Assembly (NCBI GenBank): GCA_900318085.1
Contig: ONJF01000012.1
Coordinates: forward strand, 7,926 to 71,925
Length of the DNA stretch: 64,000 nucleotides
Source: an uncultured Bacteroidales bacterium
GTDB taxonomy: Bacteria; Bacteroidota; Bacteroidia; Bacteroidales; F082
Reading direction: 5' to 3'
The notes below the pieces were generated by a model. The model saw only the letters and a list, made by a program, of their open reading frames with translations. It was not told the DNA's origin and did no database searches. The position numbers were made by a program, and so were the translations under genes. Positions 18,743 through 25,727 of the stretch are shown here, piece after piece (position 1 is the first letter of the stretch; every line of letters starts with the position of its first letter).

Positions 18743-18750
18743 TACCTTTG
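18743..18750 (+). promoter_or_regulatory. -7 box TACCTTTG
   Basis: Matches TAnnTTTG, 57 nt before the ATG at 18807. Confidence 0.45.
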
Positions 18751-18806
18751 CTGCAAATATCATCTTGGCATTGTGCCTACAAGTGCAAAACCCGAACTGG
18801 CCGCCC

Positions 18807-19151
18807 ATGAAAAACTATCAATGCAAGAAATGTGGCATTCTGATTAAAACAGAGCGACAGCCCAATGCGTTCAATTGTCGGGTTGGAAACTACCACGATT
18901 GGAACGACCTCGGCGAAGTCGGTTGCGAGAACTACCGATGCAAGAAATGCGGTCTTCTCGTCGAAAGCAAAAGCGCCCCATCTTCTTTTGGATGCACTGA
19001 TGGAGGCTACCACAATTGGCAAGATTTATGTCCTATAGGCACCGATGTCTATCAATGCAAGAAATGTGGAATTCTGTTGTATGCCTCAAAGTCGCCCAAT
19101 GCATTTGACTGCCCTTCGGGAGAGTGTCATCAGTGGAATAAATTGAATTGA
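18807..19151 (+). CDS. Small protein made of three tandem 39-aa zinc-ribbon-like repeats
   Basis: ORF 18630..19151 trimmed to MKNYQCKKCG. There are three repeats of Y-x-C-K-K-C-G-x14-C-x5-H-x-W-x-x-L (C-x2-C...C-x5-H). Confidence 0.6.
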   Translation: MKNYQCKKCGILIKTERQPNAFNCRVGNYHDWNDLGEVGCENYRCKKCGLLVESKSAPSSFGCTDGGYHNWQDLCPIGTDVYQCKKCGILLYASKSPNAFDCPSGECHQWNKLN

Positions 19152-19171
19152 AAAACAAAAAGATAACTGTT

Positions 19172-20785
19172 ATGAATAGTCAAGATAACGATTTATTATT
19201 GCTTGAAAGCATGCTTGGGATTGCTGTTTCAAGAACCGCAGGAGTTCAAGTCGCTGTGGATAAAAATCTTCCCGTGCCTTTCCCTAAAAGTATTCATTAC
19301 GAGTTGTACAAGAACCACATAGAATTGCATATTGAAAGTTCTACATATAGATCATTATGCGAATATCTTGAAAGGACTCTTCCTAATAACGACATCGCTA
19401 AAACTGAAAAAAGAGGTTTTTGCGAATACGCTTATGTATTGAACAGAAGAGTTGAAGGATGGAGTAATATAGAAGAGTTAGGGAATGCCATTATCGAACT
19501 GCGTAATATCGTTGAACCTGTGCTAATGCAGTATTGCGAACAAATAGCCGAGAACTTTGAACTAGCAAAGGTTCTTGGCGATTATTATGAAGCACAAGAA
19601 GCGGCCTTGCCATTTCATATCAATGTAATTGACGAGCTTCATGCCAACGAAAACGCTCACACAAGGATTCTCACGCATTTACTCAAATACAAAGAAGATG
19701 GGAAGCTTGTTATTCTTGCTTCTTTTCTAAAACAACTTCCTACATTCAATGTTGGGTCTATTGATATTGAGAAGTCAAAAGTCTATTTCAACAGAGACAA
19801 TATTGATGGCTTGATAGAGAAAGATGGCGAGTATGCTGTCATCATTGAAAACAAAATCCACTGGGCTGTTGATCAAGACAAACAGATTGAACGTTATGTG
19901 AATACAGAAATAGAAAGAGGTGTCCCTTCGGATAACATTTGGGTAATATATCTGACGAGAGACGGAAGAAAAAAAGTTGAAAGTTATAGTCTTACGAAAA
20001 AGACAAAAGAGATTTTGGGTGACCGTTTTCTGGAAATGGATTATTACCATAACATCCTCCCATGGCTTAAAGATACTGTTTTGCCTAATTGTAGAGTTAG
20101 AGAGGAATGGTTGGAGTCTGCTATTAAACAGTACATTGATCATTTAGAAGGATTGTTTGATATAAGGGATTCAAGAAAAGTGTTCCGTAAAAAGGTACAG
20201 GGACAAATAGCCAATAGTATAGGTTGTACGGAAGAAATGTCAAGAGGTGAGGTCTATTCAAAATTCCATGCCTATTTACATACTTTGGAAGAATTGCAAA
20301 ATATTGTCAGCAATTCCATGGAGAGTTTGATAAAACCTATAATAGAACGATTGCAAAATACTACCATAGAAGTGTTAGGCGAACTATGTCCTAATGAAGA
20401 ATTTGGTTTTTACAATGGCATACATAATGGTTTTTATCAAGTGTTCTTAAAGAAATGGACAACGAAAGTCCATTTCGAGTGGATCCCATTAAATGAAAAA
20501 CGTTTGCTTTCTGGAACCGAATACATTTTGGTATTACATGTTGAGCAAAATGACATTCATGAACGTTTCAATCAAGTTCTAAGTGACAATTTTTTGATGA
20601 CTAAGGCGAAAGAATTAAGTTTAAAGAAAACTGATAAGACTACCTTTTATAAGAATGTGATTACAACAAATAGATCAATGTCTGACATGACACATGAGGA
20701 GTTTTCCATATTTCTTCGTGAAGCATACAAAGATGTAAATGACATTCAGATGTTCGTATCAGAATACATTCTAAATGTTGAATAG
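19172..20785 (+). CDS. PD-(D/E)XK nuclease family protein (PDDEXK_4-like core with N- and C-terminal extensions)
   Basis: Trimmed to the ATG (MNSQDND). INVIDELHANENAHTRILTHLLKY followed by NIDGLIEKDGEYAVIIENKIHW (D...ExK) and QIERY. Confidence 0.6.
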   Translation: MNSQDNDLLLLESMLGIAVSRTAGVQVAVDKNLPVPFPKSIHYELYKNHIELHIESSTYRSLCEYLERTLPNNDIAKTEKRGFCEYAYVLNRRVEGWSNIEELGNAIIELRNIVEPVLMQYCEQIAENFELAKVLGDYYEAQEAALPFHINVIDELHANENAHTRILTHLLKYKEDGKLVILASFLKQLPTFNVGSIDIEKSKVYFNRDNIDGLIEKDGEYAVIIENKIHWAVDQDKQIERYVNTEIERGVPSDNIWVIYLTRDGRKKVESYSLTKKTKEILGDRFLEMDYYHNILPWLKDTVLPNCRVREEWLESAIKQYIDHLEGLFDIRDSRKVFRKKVQGQIANSIGCTEEMSRGEVYSKFHAYLHTLEELQNIVSNSMESLIKPIIERLQNTTIEVLGELCPNEEFGFYNGIHNGFYQVFLKKWTTKVHFEWIPLNEKRLLSGTEYILVLHVEQNDIHERFNQVLSDNFLMTKAKELSLKKTDKTTFYKNVITTNRSMSDMTHEEFSIFLREAYKDVNDIQMFVSEYILNVE

Positions 20786-20814
20786 AAATCAGCTTAAAGG
20801 TTGTTTTTTTGACA

Positions 20815-20857
20815 CTTGTGCCTCAATTCGGCACAGGCTTTCTTTTTCTTTGCGGCG
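20815..20857 (+). repeat. Island module copy
   Basis: CTTGTGCC-tcaattc-GGCACAGG, then CTTTCTTTTTCTTTGCGGCG. The ATG follows 17 nt later. Confidence 0.65.
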
Positions 20858-20873
20858 TTAATCGTAACGCATT

Positions 20874-21539
20874 ATGACCATACAAAAAGCAACATCAACG
20901 ACAAATCCAACCGTTAAAGTAATCGGCATTGGCTGTGGCGGCAACAATATCGTCAACCATATAAGCCAAAGCAATTTGGAAGGTCTCTCCTATGTGGCCT
21001 GCGATATGGATGCCAAAGTGCTCAAGAAATCAGTAGCCGCCACGACCCTGCAACTCGGCAAAGACGGACTTGGAAGCGGCAACAGCCCTGAAAAAGCACG
21101 CATCGCGGCTGAAGAAAAAACAAATACCATAAAAAAGTTGTTCGACGACAAACCTTCATTGGCCTTTGTCGTCACCTGTCTTGGAGGAGGATGCGGCACG
21201 GGTGCGGCTCCCGTAATCGCCCGTGAGTCAAAAATGATGGGCATCACGACTGTTGTCCTTGCCACTTTGCCATTCGAATTGGAAGGCGAACGCAGATTCT
21301 CGCAAGCCTCGGAAGGAATTCAAAACTTGGCAAGAAACGCGGATGCCCTCTTTCTGCTCAACAACCAGTACATCAAAGAACAATACTGCGACTTGCCCAT
21401 AAACCAAGCCTTCGCAAAGGCCGATGACCTGTTGGCGGAAGTAGCAAAATGCCTAATCCGTTCCATAACGGAGCCACAACAAGAGACAAAGAGAACCTCA
21501 AGAATAAAGGAGTTTTTCAGAAGACTGAAATGCAAATAA
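20874..21539 (+). CDS. FtsZ-like protein consisting only of the N-terminal GTP-binding domain
   Basis: 221 aa. KVIGIGCGGNNIVNHI (T1), CLGGGCGTGAAPVIA (tubulin signature), LPFELEGERR, LFLLNNQ and AKADDLLAEVAKCLIRSITEP (H7), then a short basic tail. No T7 loop or C-terminal domain. Confidence 0.75.
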   Translation: MTIQKATSTTNPTVKVIGIGCGGNNIVNHISQSNLEGLSYVACDMDAKVLKKSVAATTLQLGKDGLGSGNSPEKARIAAEEKTNTIKKLFDDKPSLAFVVTCLGGGCGTGAAPVIARESKMMGITTVVLATLPFELEGERRFSQASEGIQNLARNADALFLLNNQYIKEQYCDLPINQAFAKADDLLAEVAKCLIRSITEPQQETKRTSRIKEFFRRLKCK

Positions 21540-21544
21540 AAGCG

Positions 21545-21970
21545 ATGGCATCGAAAACATTCAACACGGCAACTATCGCCCGTCTGCTCAGTCACGAGGA
21601 TGAGCACGGCATGGGGCGTGTCTTCATGTACACTTTCCTTAATGAAGTGATACGGCAGAAAAGGCCATTCCCGTTCGATTGTGAATCCGCTCAAGTAAAC
21701 CCCAACTTGATGATTGTTGATAAACAAGGTAGAAGCATCGCCGTTGAGTATAAGCGCAATCGGCTTAATTTAACCCTCAACGACCAACAAAGTGAGATTT
21801 CCCCACGCATCGAATACAAAGATGAAGCTTATCGTCAAGTCCTTCTTGATTGGCTTGCCGCCTGCATCCAATACACTTCGCTGCAACCTGAACTTCGCAA
21901 AGAACTAACAAGATATGCCCAATCCATTCAAAGAAGAATTTGGTTTACAAAAGTTTTGCCTTTGCATTAA
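21545..21970 (+). CDS. Miniature PD-(D/E)XK-like protein (collapsed paralog of the 19172..20785 core)
   Basis: 141 aa. LSHEDEHGMGRVFMYTFL, IVDKQGRSIAVEYK and YRQVLLDWLAAC parallel HTRILTHLL, EKDGEYAVIIENK and YHNILPWLKDTVLPNC of the large nuclease. Starts 5 nt after the FtsZ-like stop. An alternative ATG at 21530 overlaps that gene by 10 nt. Confidence 0.45.
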   Translation: MASKTFNTATIARLLSHEDEHGMGRVFMYTFLNEVIRQKRPFPFDCESAQVNPNLMIVDKQGRSIAVEYKRNRLNLTLNDQQSEISPRIEYKDEAYRQVLLDWLAACIQYTSLQPELRKELTRYAQSIQRRIWFTKVLPLH

Positions 21971-22001
21971 TTCGGCACAATCTTTTTGTTATCTTTGCCG
22001 C
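21961..22001 (+). repeat. Island module copy (degenerate left arm, canonical -7 box TATCTTTG)
   Basis: TTTGCATTAATTCGGCACAATCTTTTTGTTATCTTTGCCGC. Overlaps the preceding stop codon. Confidence 0.55.
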
Positions 22002-22015
22002 ATAAAACCAACCTC

Positions 22016-22984
22016 ATGGAAAACCAAATCGTCATATACCAAACCGACAACGGTCAGCCTGCCATTGATGTCAGGCTGGAAAACGAAACTGTATGGCTTA
22101 CACAAGCACAGATGGCGATGCTTTTTCAGAAGGATCAGTCTGTTATTGCACGTCATATCGCCAATGTTTTTAAAGAAGGTGAATTGGATAGAAATAGTAA
22201 TATGCAAATTTTGCATAATACTCTTTCCAAGTACAAACCAACCACCATTTACAATCTCGATGTCATCATCTCCGTAGGTTACCGAGTAAAAAGTCAGCGA
22301 GGTGTGCAGTTCCGCCAATGGGCCAATAAAGTGCTGAAAGACTATCTGCTGAAAGGCTATGCCGTGAATGAGAAGATTCGCCGAAACCAAATTGGGGAAC
22401 TGCGGCAATTGGTGCAAATGGTGGGCCGGACGTTGCAAAACCAGCCCTTGCTGAAAAGCGAAGAGAACCAAGCCTTGTTTGACATTGTTGTGGATTACAC
22501 CTACGCCCTTGACACGCTTGACGATTACGATTATCAACGTTTGGGCGTGAAAGAGACCACGCAAGAGGAGAAGTTTCAAGCGACATACGACAACGCCATG
22601 CAAGCCATAGCAGCATTACGCGAGAAGTTCGGGGGCAGTTCGCTGTTCGGCAATGAGAAAGACGACTCCTTCAAAAGCAGCATTGGTCAAATCTACCAGA
22701 CTTTTGGCGGTGAAGACCTATATCCGAGCGTGGAAGAGAAAGCGGCCATGCTACTGTATCTCGTCACCAAAAACCATTCGTTCAGCGACGGCAACAAACG
22801 CATTGCGGCCACGCTGTTCCTGTGGTTCCTCAACAACAACGGCATCCTCTACCGCGAAGACGGCAGCAAACGTATTGCCGACAACACCTTAGTCGCACTG
22901 ACCTTGATGATCGCCGAGAGCAAGCCCGAAGAGAAGGATGTAATGGTGAAGGTGGTGGTGAACTTGATTAATCAGAAGAATTGA
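22016..22984 (+). CDS. RhuM-family N-terminal domain fused to a Fic/Doc (death-on-curing type) domain
   Basis: Trimmed to MENQIVIYQTDNGQPAIDVRLENETVWLTQAQMAMLFQKD (RhuM-like). The C-terminus carries the Doc motif HSFSDGNKRIAA. Confidence 0.7.
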   Translation: MENQIVIYQTDNGQPAIDVRLENETVWLTQAQMAMLFQKDQSVIARHIANVFKEGELDRNSNMQILHNTLSKYKPTTIYNLDVIISVGYRVKSQRGVQFRQWANKVLKDYLLKGYAVNEKIRRNQIGELRQLVQMVGRTLQNQPLLKSEENQALFDIVVDYTYALDTLDDYDYQRLGVKETTQEEKFQATYDNAMQAIAALREKFGGSSLFGNEKDDSFKSSIGQIYQTFGGEDLYPSVEEKAAMLLYLVTKNHSFSDGNKRIAATLFLWFLNNNGILYREDGSKRIADNTLVALTLMIAESKPEEKDVMVKVVVNLINQKN

Positions 22985-23017
22985 TTTATTGAGCAGATTA
23001 ATTGCATAATTTTCAAG

Positions 23018-23060
23018 CATGTGCTGTGATTTGGCACAGGCTCTTGTTTTCTTTGCAGCG
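23018..23060 (+). repeat. Island module copy
   Basis: CATGTGCTGTGATTTGGCACAGGCTCTTGTTTTCTTTGCAGCG. The ATG follows 25 nt later. Confidence 0.6.
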
Positions 23061-23084
23061 TAGAAACAACAAAACCTAAATGCA

Positions 23085-23618
23085 ATGAACGATTATTATG
23101 GGAGCGTCCCTTTAGAGGAATACGAACAAATCCTGGCCAACCGCGATTATTGGGACAACATTTCTGGCGAATGGCAAATGCGTTCAAAAATGGAAGACAA
23201 ACTTGTGCGATTAGGGACATTCGTGCAAAGAGGCGGCGACCTAAACCGCGTGATTGCCCTTTATGCAGAAGGACGGGAATACACCTACCGTGTGACGATA
23301 CAACATTGTATAGAACGGTATCTTGAGGTATTAACCAAAAAACGCATTCAGAATCTGACACTTCGCTTGTACAAACTCGAAAAAGAAGAAGCGGTAAAAC
23401 TGCTTTCCGAGATGCTGAAAGTGAGCATCGGCGTAGATTTCAGGTACGACAAATACACCTCAAGACAGGTTTCTTTCGGAATTCTCGACACTAGGAATCT
23501 GGATGCCGAAGGAATACTCTCTGCCATAGAACAGGAGCATCGCCAGGCACATCCCAACGAAAGCATTGAGGAGGTCAGGAAAAGAGCTCATACTTGGATT
23601 GGGGATAGTTGGTGGTGA
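23085..23618 (+). CDS. Hypothetical protein
   Basis: 177 aa. No domain recognised. Confidence 0.45.
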   Translation: MNDYYGSVPLEEYEQILANRDYWDNISGEWQMRSKMEDKLVRLGTFVQRGGDLNRVIALYAEGREYTYRVTIQHCIERYLEVLTKKRIQNLTLRLYKLEKEEAVKLLSEMLKVSIGVDFRYDKYTSRQVSFGILDTRNLDAEGILSAIEQEHRQAHPNESIEEVRKRAHTWIGDSWW

Positions 23619-23633
23619 TATAGAGATAATTAT

Positions 23634-23641
23634 TATTTTTG
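23634..23641 (+). promoter_or_regulatory. -7 box TATTTTTG
   Basis: Matches TAnnTTTG, 25 nt before the ATG at 23666. Confidence 0.45.
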
Positions 23642-23665
23642 CAATGCAATAAAACTTCTAAAAAA

Positions 23666-24559
23666 ATGAAACAAGAAAATTCGATTATTACAATTCAAGA
23701 ACTCTTGAAAGACAGAGGTATTGATTTTGATGCTAAAAAAGTTAAACTAGTAAGACATGACAGTTTAAGAACTCCTAGAGTTCAAGATAAAATCATTTTT
23801 GATGGTACATTATACGAAATGTATAGACGTGATTATCAAAGATTTATTAATTACCAAAACGAGCAAAAAATTAAGAACTTTAAAAATGTAGATTATATTG
23901 TTTCTTTTTTAAGCGAAGAAGGAACAAGGGCAAGATTAATTGGTGTATATCAAAACCTAGGGATAAAAAACACGATTGATGGTGATGGCGCTATTTTTAA
24001 TTTTCAAGAAATACTGGCTTTTTCAAACCTTAAAGACAAAATCGTCATTGATTGGGGGAAAGGAACTCGCCAGTGGATTCAAAACTGGGAAACAAAAAAA
24101 GAAATAATAAGAATTGACGAGGGTCTAATAGATAGAGACATTCCTCTTTTTACTCGTTATGAAGATGTAATACTCAGTTTTTCAGAGTTAAAGAAAATCA
24201 TTGAGTCAAATGACTCAGAATGGAAGTCCGTATTGGAAGCTTGCAACTGTGTATATCTCATTTTGGATAAAAGTAACGGGAAGCAATACGTAGGAGTCAC
24301 ATATAAGAATAGTCAAGAAGGACAAAAAGGTGGGATTTGGAATAGATGGTCAGAATATGTCAAGACGAATGGTCATGGCAATGATAAAACATTAAAAGAA
24401 AAATGTGATAATAATCCGCATTATGCTGAACTCAATTTTCAATGGAGTATCTTGGAAACATTGCCAATAAATGTAATTCCCACAATTGCTATTGATAGAG
24501 AAACTTTATACAAAAAGAAACTTGGCACCAGGAACCACGAAAACTATAATAACAATTAA
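23666..24559 (+). CDS. GIY-YIG nuclease domain protein with an unknown ~190-aa N-terminal domain
   Basis: Trimmed to MKQENSI. The C-terminal CVYLILDKSNGKQYVGVTY...WNRWSEY...FQWSILE fits GIY-(10-11)-YVG, R and E. The gene is visibly much more AT-rich than its neighbours. Confidence 0.6.
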   Translation: MKQENSIITIQELLKDRGIDFDAKKVKLVRHDSLRTPRVQDKIIFDGTLYEMYRRDYQRFINYQNEQKIKNFKNVDYIVSFLSEEGTRARLIGVYQNLGIKNTIDGDGAIFNFQEILAFSNLKDKIVIDWGKGTRQWIQNWETKKEIIRIDEGLIDRDIPLFTRYEDVILSFSELKKIIESNDSEWKSVLEACNCVYLILDKSNGKQYVGVTYKNSQEGQKGGIWNRWSEYVKTNGHGNDKTLKEKCDNNPHYAELNFQWSILETLPINVIPTIAIDRETLYKKKLGTRNHENYNNN

Positions 24560-24655
24560 ACTTTGATAGCAAAAACTAAATCAGGAAAAAACGTCAAGCT
24601 CGTCAGTACCATTCCAGCAAAATGCCACTCCGCGTAACAAATTAAGCATTTATAT

Positions 24656-24812
24656 AGCCTGTGTCATATACTTGCACAATTTATGCTCCATAAAACCAAT
24701 CCCTTGGATGAAGAGTTAGAGCGCGAGGCAACCTGTGCAAAAATAGCACAAGTTCAAACAGAAGGGAAAAGGATGGTGAAAGGGGTGGTGGGCCTTATCA
24801 ATCAGAAAACTA
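24656..24812 (+). pseudogene. Internally deleted remnant of a second module + RhuM-Doc cassette
   Basis: AGCCTGTG...GCTCCATAAAACCAATCCCTTGGA parallels GCCGCATAAAACCAACCTCATGGA at 21997-22020. ATGGTGAAAGGGGTGGTGGGCCTTATCAATCAGAAAAC parallels the last codons of 22016..22984 (ATGGTGAAGGTGGTGGTGAACTTGATTAATCAGAAGAA). Confidence 0.55.
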
Positions 24813-24818
24813 AATACT

Positions 24819-25727
24819 ATGTCCAAAAACCAAATCAACAAATATGTCTGGCTCGTAGAAACGCTCTACCATGCCAAGAAAATCACCCTAAAGGAAATCA
24901 ACCGCAGGTGGCTCGATACCGATTTGAGCGAGGGATTAGAGATTCCGCGCCGCACGTTCCACACCTGGAAGAACACGGTGGAAGATATGTTCGGCCTCGT
25001 CATCATGTGTGACAAGAGCGACGGCGACCGCTATTACATCGAGAACCGCGAGGTGCTTGAGGACGACGGTCTGCAACGCTGGCTGCTCAGCACCATGTCG
25101 GTCAACAACACACTGTTGGAAAACAAAGCGCTCAGCGACCGCATCCTGTTGGAAAGCATCCCCTCAGGCCAGGGCTTCCTCGCCACGGTCATGGAAGCCA
25201 TGAAGAAAAACCGATTGCTGGAAATCACCTATAAAGGCTTTTGGAGCGAAAGCGAGCACACCTTCCCCGTGGCGCCCTACTGCGTGAAGCTGTTCCGTCA
25301 ACGGTGGTACATGGTGGGCAACAGCGTCTACGAAGACAAGATCCGAATCTATTCCTTGGATCGCGTACTGGAGGCCAGACTGTCGGAGGAGACCTTCAAA
25401 TACCCCAAGAAATTCAGCCCAGAGAACTACTTCAAAGGCTGTTTCGGCATCATTCGCGACGAGGATTGCCCCATCGAGACCGTGAAGCTGAAAGTAAGCG
25501 CCGACCAAGCCAACTACCTGCGTTCCCTACCCTTGCATCCTTCACAAAAGGAGTTGGTGCATACAGGCGAATACAGCATCTTCTCCGTTGAGGTGCGACC
25601 CACCTTCGACTTCCAGCAAGAACTCCTTTGGAACGGTGATGCACTTGAAGTGTTGGAACCACTTTGGCTGCGTAAAGAGATGGCTGGCATGGTCAAACGG
25701 ATGTGGAACAATTACAACAAGAAATGA
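24819..25727 (+). CDS. WYL-domain transcriptional regulator (HTH-WYL)
   Basis: 302 aa. N-terminal wHTH-like segment, and RQRWYMVGNSVYEDKIRIYSLDRV matches the WYL core. Confidence 0.7.
   Translation: MSKNQINKYVWLVETLYHAKKITLKEINRRWLDTDLSEGLEIPRRTFHTWKNTVEDMFGLVIMCDKSDGDRYYIENREVLEDDGLQRWLLSTMSVNNTLLENKALSDRILLESIPSGQGFLATVMEAMKKNRLLEITYKGFWSESEHTFPVAPYCVKLFRQRWYMVGNSVYEDKIRIYSLDRVLEARLSEETFKYPKKFSPENYFKGCFGIIRDEDCPIETVKLKVSADQANYLRSLPLHPSQKELVHTGEYSIFSVEVRPTFDFQQELLWNGDALEVLEPLWLRKEMAGMVKRMWNNYNKK

Noticed and set aside
18630-18806. N-terminal extension of the zinc-ribbon ORF, which would overlap the upstream gene
   Set aside because: The extension overlaps 18031..18702 and contains the -7 box at 18743. 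The repeat-containing protein starts cleanly at the ATG at 18807.
24683-25012. 109-aa ORF
   Set aside because: Its first part is the RhuM-Doc remnant. The rest overlaps the WYL gene out of frame, so it is not an independent gene.
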